DNA of 57,854 nucleotides, counting the filler, from Sphacelaria rigidula (lineage: Eukaryota): the NCBI GenBank assembly GCA_964200075.2. It is 7 parts of 7 records of this genome, joined end to end, with 100 filler letters (N's around TTAATTAATTAA, not from the genome) between each part and the next. Parts side by side here need not be neighbours in the genome. Positions count along the whole stretch, not along the records: positions 1 to 8,180 come from CAXNAA020012002.1; positions 8,281 to 16,459 come from CAXNAA020012003.1; 5 more parts are not named here. The stretch is one strand, 5' to 3'. The stretch's first letter is position 1; the number at the start of each line of letters is the position of its first letter. Both the position numbers and the translations under genes were made by a program. Of the stretch, positions 1-10,870 are shown in pieces. The notes below the pieces were generated by a model, which was not told where the DNA came from, made no database searches, and worked only from the letters and a program-made list of their open reading frames with translations.

Positions 1-85
1 GAATGCAAGACCATCACCAAAATATTGGGAGCCTCTGCAACTCGGGAGGAAGCAGAGATTATTCACGATTGGATTATGCACAAGA

Positions 86-152
86 AAAAATGTGCCGAGA
101 TTCGAACTCGTGACCTGTGCAATTGGAAGCTGTTGTATCAACATGACCACCG
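86..152 (-). mobile_element. Degenerate tRNA-derived SINE head
   Basis: Minus strand reads ccggtggtcatgttg...gagttcgaatctcggcac (A-box-like and B-box-like); similar to the SINE heads at 30958-31099 and 32947-33017. Confidence 0.45.
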
Positions 153-561
153 GGATGCAGCCGTGTCACATGAAAATTGCCCGGCTGAGCCCAATTTGGA
201 GTATGTTTGGCCGAATTTACCAGGATCTCCTGCACGCAAATGCCCACGAGATGTGAGGGAATACCGCAATATTTCTTGATTTTCACGGAGTTGTAGCATT
301 TTTGCTGTGTTTGCTGAAGCTTCAAATCGCTCTCATTTTCTGTTCTTTTTTTGTTTGTTTTTTGGCATCCCGCACAATGTTGCGCGTATTGATGATGAAA
401 AATGTCGTGTCATAATTCAGGGCCTAACGCTTCGAATTACCAACAGCCTGGCCCGAAAACATTAGAAAAAATCCCTCTCAGCTGGCCCAACTCGTATTGA
501 AATTGCCGACTGCAAAATAATTACAAATATCTTCTTGTGCACCTCGAAGCTACTCTCTGCG

Positions 562-660
562 TTAACCCTTAGACCGCGAGGGTAGTCTATCTGTATCATG
601 CGTACTTTTTCAAGTGAAATTGATGCCGATGCAACAGATGACCTCTCGCCGCTCAAGGGA
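562..660. mobile_element. piggyBac-like MITE (~95 bp), single copy
   Basis: ttaa-CCCTTAGACCGCGAG...ctcgccgctcaaggg; reverse-complement of the unit arrayed at 22385-22892. Confidence 0.6.
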
Positions 661-1116
661 ACTTTTTTTTTCAGACTCTTTTTATTTATTTTTTATTTTT
701 CGAAAGAAAAAGAAGAGAAACAAAAACATTTCGAAAAGGAATCGACGCTGTATCTTAGGAGGAAGTTGTTGTCAGTCTTGAATTCATCTATTCCCTGACC
801 TGGTTGAGAAACCTGCTCTCCCAATTTCGGAAAAAGTAGAAAGCGTCCGAAATTGCTCGATATTTCGTCTGAACAGCAAGTCCCGTTAATCAAGCCCCTT
901 TTGTCGACATAAAAAAAATCTGTTTGCTCTAAATGTACCTGTTACTCTGTGATTGGTGGGCGCAGTACCACCCACTAAGGAGACCGGCAAAATTTGTTTG
1001 GGCAAATAGAATTTCGGTGTTGTTCCTTTTCCATAATATGGAGGCGTTTGTGTCGGAGAATTGTACGTTCTGATAGATTGAGTCATGTTCCGCAGTTTCA
1101 TTCCTCTTGTGCTCAG

Positions 1117-4100
1117 AGTGAAGATCATCGTGGGAAGAGGGATGGGCACTGTCAGCTTCAGCAGGTGGCTTCACGGGCGATGCTCCACGGTGGAGAAGGC
1201 CGCATCACGCGCGAGATTCGTCACAGCACATGTCGCAAGCGATTGCTGCTGAAAAAAGATGTTTGTATGCCCTATAACAGGGCGAAGCCGATGCAGGATT
1301 CTCTAGATGCGGGCCCCACCCTGTGCGCATCGGTCTTGAAACACACATACGTAGAATATAGATACTGGTTGCTGTATGTGTTCGACACTGCGTACCAACC
1401 CAAGCGTGACGCCTTGGGCGTTACTACCTGCTCACTGCACAGCGGCAGAGTGCAGGGTGGCACAGCACACTACAGGGCGTCACATCCTCAGCCTATCACT
1501 GTGCTGCAATGATTCCGCTCTGTCCTCTGCAGTTCGCCACAATATGAACACAGACGCTTGTACTGCGGCCAACCTATACGTGGGATATCACCCCTCGCTA
1601 CGCGCTACATCGCTACGCCACATTTTGTACAGCTGTCCGTGTTGCAGCTCGTGCGTTTGACCTAGATGGCGCACGCAGGAGGTGGAAGGCCGCCTCAACC
1701 GCTATAATGCCTGCCTGTATCTTGGGCGAAGCTGTGTGGTAACACGGCCGCTATGGCGCGGAAGTCGCCGGTAACATTGCACACCTTGGAGATTTCTACA
1801 CGATGCTGTCACATCGTGGAGTGTAGCGTGCAGTTACCGACTACAACTACGAGTAATACACGAATTACAGTCGGCAAGACGGTCCCAACCTTTGGCAAGC
1901 GAGAGATGTGAGCACCCGACCCAAATTTCGAGAAAATGAATCTAAACACGACCACTTTTGAACGAGTGGGTTACGGGCTCACCGGTCGTTGGGGGTCCTA
2001 TGAGTATACGGCCCCCGGTTCTCGCTCTCTGATATTTTCACCCGACCGAACGGATTCCGGATCGTCATAATGAACAATTCTATTCCTGCAATCTTCATCT
2101 TTTCTCGATATTCATCGCGCTACAGCCGAAAAACGGTGTTTTATGGTAATATTCCGTCAAAAACACCCCTTCGATTAACGGGGTTCTACTCCGTACTGTC
2201 CTGACAACCTAAAGTCGGGGAATGCGTCGCAAGCACGACCTGCTTCTTCTTCCAATGTCTATCGACTCTCAAACTTTCGAGTGAAGGTGACGAATCGTCT
2301 GCGGAAAAATGAAAATTGAGTGAGCAAAAAAAATCAAGTTGTACTTTCGTATCGCTAGTATAGAATGCCAAGATTTTCAACCACATGATTTGCCAGAACC
2401 ACCGCATACCCCTTCTTGTTCAAACACGCGACAGGTATCATAATACCCGAGTCGTCTTTTCTCTCGAACCTTTATATGTACCTGTCTTTTGATAAGTACC
2501 TAAATGTGGCGGAAATTGGACCCGAATGTGGCGGATTCCTGTGAGCTCTTCTAACATTATCAAAATAAAAACGTCATACTCGTGCACGTTTGAGCCCTTC
2601 CCACAAGGGCACATTTCGTACGAAGATACCGCATGTGTTCCGATCTCCGAAGGAAGCCTGACTCTCTGGCGCAGAGATTATGGTTGCTCGCAACAGACAC
2701 CCGGACACGGAAAAAAACAGAGATCAGGCGCACTCACTGAGTGCCGAGAAGGAAGAGTCATGCGTACGGCAACGCCCTCGTAGTGTCGTGCACGCCAAAA
2801 CCTCACGACTGATGGTACCCCATCGACGCGGGCGAAAAGCAGGCGGTAAAACAGTGCTGTCTTCTTGTGAAGAGTAATGTATTGAAAAGGGGTACAGTAC
2901 TGTTAAAATTGTACATAGCATGGCAGTAACGTACCACGTTAGGCCCATGATTATCGATATATATATATATATGTTCTTATGGAGCAGTCCTGAAATTTCG
3001 GATATCTCAAAACGGGCCAGAGGGTGGCGTTCTCATCGAGTGCTGCCGCCGTTGCTGTTAGGCCTCCGACCACGGACACAGTGCTCATCTTGTCCCAGGA
3101 CGCCTCCACTACAGTACCGCCAACCCACGGCGCTCTTCACTCTTCGAAATGACCCAGGGTGTCACTGGCAAGGTTCCTGATGTCTTTTGAGCGCTTGCGA
3201 GCTCCACGGCTTACGTAAAGGGGGAGGTCTCCGAAGTGCTGCGTTGCAGTCCAAATGGTTCGGACTTGTTCAAACGTGAGGGTTGGGAGAGAAGACATCA
3301 AGCCACTTCATTTTCGGAGATGTCCGAAAAAAAACAGAATCGGGAATGTTCGAAAACTTCGAAGATATTCGAAAGTGTCGATTGGAATGACTTTACTGAT
3401 TTGTGTTGAAGGAAAACTAACGTAATCATCCGTGGGCGCCTACCTGGGCATGCTTGCTCCCCCCCCTCCCTCCCCCCAGAAAAAAATCATATTCCGGTCG
3501 CTACCCGCTTAGTCGTTGGCCCTCTGCCGATGTGGCTTGGTTTTTTAGCACACCCGCGGCATAAAAACGAACCTAACTGAAGTCAACAATGTCTGAATGA
3601 TGGTGCTGTGAGAGAGCCTCAGGGCCTGAAGGGTTCTGAAATAACGATTCTCTCCGCCGTTCTCGTCTTTGTTGTTCCCGTGTACATACACACACACATA
3701 TATAATATATATATATATATGTGCGCGTCGGCGGGTCGATCGATGTACGTCACGGGATGGCAGGGAGTACAACCGAAGGACGTCACCGGCAGACCCGAGC
3801 ACCCCGTCAAGAACCCTCAACACCTCGGGCACGTCGGTACGGTTGTTTGAGGCAAGGACGTCCGTGAACGCTAGGGTTATTCTCAAAGAGTTCTTGCCCA
3901 AAGTGCGTCGCCTGGCGGAGAGGGAAATCGAGGTGTGGACCGTGGATTTTTTGTACGTATGCCCAGTAGAGTGAGTAGTCGAGAGCCTTGTTTTCGTTTT
4001 GCTTTACTTGTTCGTTTTTTTTCTTGACAACCCAATATACTACCTCCTCCTGCAGGGGAGAGATGGATTGATCCCTTCCTTGAGACCACAGACTCGTGAC

Positions 4101-5898
4101 GAGGGGGGGGGGGGGGGGGGGGGGGCCAAAAGGGGGAAAAAAAAAAAAAATAAAAAATAAAAAAATTTAATATTTTTTTTTTCTCACCCCACGGGAAAAA
4201 AANNNNNNNNNNGGAGAGATGGATTGATCCCTTCCTTGAGACCACAGACTCGTGACGAGGGGGGGGGGGGGAGGGGCTCAAAGTGCGACAAATAAAAGAA
4301 TTACAAATTAAAAATAGTTAATATGTATTATTACTCACTCCACGGCGTAAAAAGATGTACAGTAGTACCCTAAACCGGCGGCGTTTTTGTGGCCGTGCGT
4401 TTGCTGTTTGCATCTTTTTGTTGTTTTAGCCGCTCTTTTTCCCCCCTCTCCTCAGGGGGTTATGACCAATCGCGCAATTTTGCTATGCCTGACGCCCTCC
4501 TGCCTGGAATATGACAATGCTCGCCACGTATGCACAACACCATTTTCGATCGGCTCCTGATCCTGGCAATAAACTTGCATCCGTGTCGTTTGCTACAAAC
4601 CCATACCTCGACAAAAAAAACGGAAAACAGCGGACATCACGATGATTCTCTGATTCATTCATACCCGCAAACGCTGTTTCGATAGCACCGAACAGACTTC
4701 TGTATTCATACGATATTCGAATCCCAAACACTCGCGTCTTTCTCCCGCGTCATCCATTTTTTTCACCTTGCCTTTGCTGTACCCATCTACCTTGCCCACC
4801 TGCCCGTCTGCCTCCCTGCCGACATCTGCACAAGATCAATGACCGATTGCAAAATTCGTGGGAGGCTAGAAACAGCGACGGTGCGATTGCCGACCGCCTT
4901 CCTGTGCTGTCGCTCATGGGCAGCCTCGTTGCCGACGAGGATTTCAAGAGCAAGAGTTTTTTGGAGCTGTGGGAGGCTCAGTGAGATTTTTTTTTTTTTT
5001 TCGTCGCCGAGATCGTAGCATCGTTTTTTTTTCCTTCGCCACATGCTGAACGGGTTTTCATTTGTTTTCTTCAATTTTTTCAATGTCAAAGATGATGGAC
5101 AGATTCAGCTGTTTTTGGAGGGAAAATTTGCGGTACTAGGGTACCGCCGCGCCCCGGTTGGTGAACGTCATACTCCACGGGCCAGTTAGGGCGGAGTAGA
5201 AGTAGTGCGGGCCCAAGTTCCGAGAGCAATACTACGTGTCTCTCGCGCCCATCGTGGGAAGCTCGACGACGTGGGTAAACAAGAAGAGCTTCGAGAAAAA
5301 GCGACAGGATGCGGTAGTGCTGCCCCCCCCCCCTGTTTTTTTACTATATTTTTCACACGCTTTCAAATCTCTCCCCCTTGTCGAGACGAGTACGTCGTCT
5401 CAGAGGGATCAATCAATTCCTCCCCCCGGTACACTCTTTTGCAACTTGGTATCGCGGGTTGTTGGATCATGACCAAACCCTCCCGCACCGCGTCGATTTG
5501 ATTTCTCGCCAAAATACACTTTTTCGCTACTCGCGTTCACACGTTTTTCAAGGATGAATTGGGAATCACCTTTTTTCTCAGGAAAACTCGAAGGCATGTC
5601 CCGGAGATCGAATCCACATTTTCCCGACCTAGTGGTGTAAGTTCTACTATTTTGATTTCAGGCCACCCGGGCTCGGCAGGTACCCGTGAAGGGGTAACTG
5701 GATTGAACCCTGAAGGCAAGGGACTCGTCCCGAGGAGGGGCCAGGCGGGGGGGGGGGGGGGAAATGATCGGGAAAGGACGGACGCGGGGCGGGGAGGGGG
5801 AGAGGGTGGATCTCGGGGGGCGGCGTAGCATTAAANNNNNNNNNNGGGCGGGCACGCAGCGGGGGGGGGGCGAAGGAGTGGGAGCCGGGCGGGAGGGG

Positions 5899-5941
<43 letters not shown>

Positions 5942-7368
5942 GAAGGCATGGCGACAAAAATGAGAGAAGGAAGCAGGAGGCGTGTCGTGCGTGTGGGTGA
6001 TATAGAGCACTGGCGTAGAAGAGAGTATTCTGAACGCAGACCAATGTGTCGGTATGAGCTGTGCAACGATAACAACTGTTGCACCCCAGTGGTGTAATGG
6101 TGCAACTGGTACGACTAGGGCGGGAGAACCCAGGGTTCGACTCTCGCCGGGTGCGCCTACAATAGTTTTTGCTTTTTTTGTTCTCAAAGCGTGTCTTAGC
6201 ACACTAGTTTTCGATCGAAAATTGTGCGGTGGAAAGCAAAAATCCCGATCTGATAAGGTCGTAATTTCAACCACCATCGTCGTTCATTTTGAAGATGGTT
6301 GAAATCACGAGTTATCAGATTGGGGTTCTTGTTTTCCACCGCACTTTTTCGAATCGAAACCTGATGTGCTGAGACACGGCCCCACACAAGTACCTGCACG
6401 TCGGACAGATCATGATCTGCCTGAGATGAGTGATCTAAGAGGACTCGCGGATCCTCTTGTCCAAACACACGAATTATGTGACCGCGGAGTCAGAGAAGCC
6501 AAAGCGCAACCTTTGCGCTACTCGGCGTGCTCGGCGTCCGGCGCTGTAGAGAGCAAACATGGGAAGGGAGGGGGGGGGGGGGCAAATGATCCGGACAATG
6601 ACCAAGATCGTTAAACTGAGAAGAAGGAATTTTCAAATGGATTGTGATCTGTCCGNNNNNNNNNNGCGAGTCCGGGGGTGGCGGGGGGCGGGGGAGGTGA
6701 GGAGGGAAGGGGGGGGGGGGGGGGGGGGGGGGGGGCAAATGATCCGGATCATGACCCAGATCGATATACTGAGAAGAAGTAATTTTCAGACGGATCGTGA
6801 TCTGTCCGACCGTATGTAAGTATGTGATTAATGTGGTTGCAAAGGTGAGGACGTACGTAAGGACGTACGCGAGTGGCGAAAGTGTAGTCGACGCAGCGCG
6901 GGAGTGCTGTAATCCAATCCGCGATGCCAGAATGGAAGGCGTGTACTGAACACTCGTCTTGAGGAAGGGGAGGGGTGAGGAGTGAGAAAGACAAAAAAGG
7001 CCTATTTTAAACACCACCCGCTTTTGATTCCGTTTGATAGTTGTTGTTGTTGTTGTTGTTGTTGTTGCTGTTGCTGTTGTTGTTGCTGTTGCTGTTGTTG
7101 TTGATGGAGTTTATGACGATGTGGTTGCTGCTTTTGTTGCTGCTATGAATATACAATATGTTTGTGTTGTCGTCGAGGGTGATGGCGGCTGTGTTCATCA
7201 TCATGTCTTGTTCTGAGATCGTTATTATTATCTTTTTATTGTTGTCGTTGTCGTTGCTGTTGCGCCAGGTTCCCGTCGCTCCCTCCTCCAGAGATCGGCA
7301 GCACGTGGCTAGTCTACCGTTGGGAGGGACTTTATACCTTCGCTAGCTTTCCCAACGCCAAGCAAGAG
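1117..7368 (+). CDS. Partial spliced gene: protein kinase-like N-lobe (resembles plastid STN7/STN8- or fibrillin-11-type kinase domains)
   Basis: Exons 1117-1164, 3764-3932, 4835-4980 and 7269-7368 (or to 7374) have AG/GT boundaries and matching phases (2,0,2). They join to VKIIVGRGMGTVSFSREYNRR...VRLFEARTSVNARVILKEFLPKVRRLAEREIEINDRL...LPVLSLMGSL...PPPEIGSTWLVYRWEGLYTFASF. This gives a Gly-rich loop, the subdomain-II Lys (VILKEF), the alphaC Glu and a WLVYRWEG hinge. The first exon is the least certain. Confidence 0.72.
5372..5742. mobile_element. Degenerate TIR element (MITE-like) in a kinase intron
   Basis: ccccttgtcgagacgagt...ggatcaatc at the left end is an imperfect inverted repeat of gattgaaccc...actcgtcccgaggagggg at the right end; related termini occur at 4057-4105 and about 37360-37410. 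Confidence 0.4.
6190..6378. repeat. Fold-back inverted repeat (~85-bp arms)
   Basis: cgtgtcttagcac...gtgcggtggaaa...ctgataa...atttcaacca pairs with tggttgaaat...ttatcag...tttccaccgcac...gtgctgagacacg. Confidence 0.85.
7040..7103. repeat. (GTT/GCT)n microsatellite
   Basis: Directly visible; intronic. Confidence 0.9.
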
Positions 7369-8180
7369 GTGGAGGTGCGCACAAAATTAGAAACTCCCAT
7401 GGGGATACTTGCACGGCGGACACACTCAGCTTTTCGTCAGTATTAACTCGTTGTATGCCTTGCATTTACATGTGCGCATGTGTGCATATGTGCATGTGTT
7501 CATATGTTTCTTGCTGCCTACTCTTGCACAAAAGAAAAAGAAGAAACGCATGTGGAGAGCACGTTCCCAACATTCCTGAGTTTCCCGCAAGTCCTGTCCC
7601 CTAAGCAAGTTCCACGAAGGCGTTTTCTCCCACTTGTGAGACAGGTTGCTGTAGCTGACCTGGCGTCAAAGGAGGGATCACTCTCAACGCTAAGCAATCT
7701 GTGGGTGCTCCTCGACACTACATCCAAGAACCTAGACTACAATCCAACTGGAGTATGAGCATGTAGCCCCTCGCGGTGACCAGTCTTCTGTTCGAAAACA
7801 TAGTGTTCTTACGTGGAGTTCAAAAAATATTTGTAGTACACTGCATAGACTTACTTGCGTGTACATGTACGTCGTTATATAACAGCGTGTCTTCCTTGTC
7901 GTGTGCCCCTCCCGTTGTATCTAGTGCAGTCTGTGTGCGCGAAGCATCTTACCGTGGGTCTCCTTTTTACCCTCCACTTGAAAACACTTCATCCCATACG
8001 CTGAAATGAAAAAAAAAAAAAACGAATGTAAAATACTCTTGTTTGTTTTTTCGTCCGCGTGTATTTTTGTCCCGTCTCCTTTTCTCTCTATCTCTCTCCC
8101 CCCCCCCCCCCCCCCACCCACCCCCTCCCTCCCACTAAACAGCTACCCAATAAAAAAATACAAAAAAACAAAAAAAACAA

Positions 8181-8280
8181 NNNNNNNNNNNNNNNNNNNN
8201 NNNNNNNNNNNNNNNNNNNNNNNNTTAATTAATTAANNNNNNNNNNNNNNNNNNNNNNNNNNNNNNNNNNNNNNNNNNNN
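8181..8280. other. Artificial contig spacer (N44-TTAATTAATTAA-N44)
   Basis: Six-frame-stop linker. The same spacer occurs at 16460-16559, 24739-24838, 33018-33117, 41297-41396 and 49576-49675. Contigs are 8179-8180 bp, consistent with size-sorted concatenation. Confidence 0.98.
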
Positions 8281-9515
8281 TTTCGGTATGTATATGTGGG
8301 CGCACCAGCCGAGATCACACAGGAACCTTTTTTTTTTTTTTTAGTACTCCACCTTCCTCCTGCGGTGCTTGCCTTTATTATTTATCGCTTACTGTGCAAT
8401 CGAAATATCCGGGGACCGGATATGAAGATGTACACAGGTGACTTTTCGTGAATTGGCATCATTTTCAGTCTTTTTCAAGATAAAATGATGCCGATTCTCA
8501 AAGTGACCCGTCCAACACCTCGAGAAACATTTTCGCCAAAAAGGTGAATTTTCACCATAGCATGGCTCCGATCTACATCATTTGGTATGTATATGTGGGC
8601 GCGCCAGCTGGGGTCACACAGGAGCTTGCTCTTTTTTATTTGTTTTTAGCACGCCACCTTCCTTCTGCGGTGCTTGCCTTCATTTTTATCCCGAGAAGGG
8701 TTCAGCAGTCCCTTTCCCTCGTCACGTTTATCGTTAAAAAAACTCTTGCCAACAAATACACAAAACCAAGACGTGAATCGGCATCATTTTCAGTCTTTTT
8801 CAAAATAAAACTATGCCGATTCTCAAAGTGACCCGTCTAACACCCCCATGAACATTTTCGCCAGAAAGGTGAACTTCTACCATAGCATGGCTCCGGTCTA
8901 CACCTTTCAGTATATATGTGTGGGCGCACCAGCCGGGGTCAGCGACCTGACTAACTGTACGTAAACAATGGTTGGTACAATGGAGATGCCGCCAATTCTA
9001 ACTCTAACCCTAACGCTAACCCTTACCCCGACCAAGGCATACCGAGAACCCTCGGGCAAGGGGATGCAGAGTGTTCCCTAGGCAAAGTGTGCGTTGCCAG
9101 AACTCAAATCGACGCCTTTGAGCCGACTTTGAACGAAGACACGTTCTGGACGAGCTGGGTCTACTGCTCACCACTGCTCACCTGCTCCAGACCATGAATT
9201 TTCTTAGAACTTTGTTCAGTGTGAAATCAAGTAAAATCGAGTATCAACCATTGTTTACGTACAGTTCGTAAGGTCTACTGCACACAGGAGCTTGTTCTTT
9301 TTTATTTGTTTTTAGTACGCCACCGCCCTTCTGCGGTGCTTGGATTCATTATTTATCGCGAGAAGGGTTCAGCAGTCCCTTTCCCTCGTCGACCGTTGAG
9401 TCGACGTTTGTGTACTCACAACATGTTCGCCCTCCACTGTTGGGCATGGTGTGAGGGGAAGACGTTTACCGTACAAAAAAACTTCTTGCCAACAAATACA
9501 CAAAGTCAAGACGGA
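8281..9515 (-). mobile_element. Cluster of SINE body fragments with a ~325-bp local tandem duplication
   Basis: gggcgcaccagccggggtcacacaggag...ccaccttccttctgcggtgcttgcc occurs three times (8281-8388, 8571-8725, 8893-8939+9281-9460). The block gtgaatcggcatcattttcag...catagcatggctcc is duplicated at about 8448 and 8773. The same family lies at 29392-29602. Confidence 0.75.
8940..9280. mobile_element. MITE family B (CAG...CTG termini, internal telomere-like tract) inserted in a SINE
   Basis: Perfect 22-bp inverted repeat at 8953-8974/9245-9266; taaccc-type tract at 9000-9030; splits the SINE motif ggggt|cacacaggag. Confidence 0.85.
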
Positions 9516-10366
9516 AAAGTAAAGGCACACCAAGACCTCCGCGAAGCAACCGGTGTTGCTCCCCCGGTATGTATCTTCATTACGAAGGAGCATGTATTTG
9601 TGTGCAACCTGCAAGTTGAAATATCCCTCAACATTTGCGTATCAACCTTCGGTGATACAACGACAATATACGAACGAAGGTCACCCGAGGACGTTTATTG
9701 ACTCTGGCAATATCTCAGCAAATATACGAATAGCTTTAAGAAAAACACAGACATCACTGCTGAACATAAACTCTTGGTTACGATGGCAAATAATGAAGAC
9801 TGAGAGCAAGACACAGCAGAAGGTCGTGGGAGTTGGCCGGAACAGGAAGCAGGTACTACCGTCTATTACGCGCAAACTTTCTAACACTGACGAGTTTGGT
9901 CGTTCACACAAATGTGATGTCTCCTGTATATTCGTATATGCATGTTCCCGTTTTTCAGAATCAAATTTCCGTCTTTCAGAATTAAAGTGATATATCCACG
10001 ATCAGGGTTCCGCGTATTGCCTATCACGCGCAAACTCTCACGCACTGAGAGGTTGGGTCGAAGGTCGAATCTCGCCCTCGTCGATGGTGACCGGTGATGG
10101 AAAAACATTGCCCTGTCTCATCAAACTTTCGAAAATGAAAAATGTCGCAGGGTGAAGTAGAGCTGAAGCGTTTTGTGAAGTGTACTGTTCTAAGAGTAGG
10201 TCTAATTGACCCGCTTGCACGGAAGCGTTCACACGTAATCTTAGTTGGACATATATATTGCCCGCTCAATATGCTGACGCGTCGGGTGGTCAATGTATAT
10301 CGGGCGAGCAATATGATGGCACGAGGGAGGGTAAATATATATCGTACGAGGCGGCGGAATACCTCG

Positions 10367-10790
10367 TATCGCCAGTATCCGCCAGTACAAGGCGGCAAAA
10401 CACCCAGTATCGCTAGTATCCGCCAGTACAAGGTGGCAAAACACCCAGTATCGCCAGTATCCGCCAGTACAAGGCGGCAAAACACCCAGTATCGCCAGTA
10501 TCCGCCAGTATCCGGCTGCGAAATACCCAGTATCGCCAGTATCGTCCAGTATAGGGAGGTGAATCACCCATTATCACTAGTATACGCCAGTATAAGGTGG
10601 CGAAATACCGAGTATCGCCAGTATCATCCAGTATAGGGAGGTGAATTACCCAGTATCACCAGTATCCGCCAGTATGAGGTGGCGAAATACCGAGTATCGC
10701 CAGTATCCGCCAGTATGAGGCGGCGAAAGGCACAGTATCGCCAGTATTCGCCAGTATCAGGCTGCAAAATACGCAATATCACCAGTATCC
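10367..10790. repeat. Minisatellite, ~41-bp unit, about 10 copies
   Basis: gtatcgccagtatccgccagtacaaggcggcaaaacaccca repeated with divergence. Confidence 0.92.
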
Positions 10791-10870
10791 ACCCGTATGA
10801 GATGAGGAATTACGAGAGGCATACGGATACAGGCCAATGCGGACACCCATACGGGCCATATTGGTACGGG

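Noticed and set aside
4057..4270. Exact direct duplication around a 10-N gap
   Set aside because: Typical scaffolding overlap at poly-G runs; similar near 6590-6810 and 41830-42000.
5647..6277. Proline/glycine-rich ORFs from poly-C/poly-G runs (also at 6490-7017, 41766-42083, 49704-49952, 57401-57634)
   Set aside because: They are homopolymer tracts next to gaps in non-coding sequence.
10367..10790. CRISPR-like repeat/spacer appearance
   Set aside because: The spacers are short and homologous to each other, there are no cas genes, and the context is eukaryotic.
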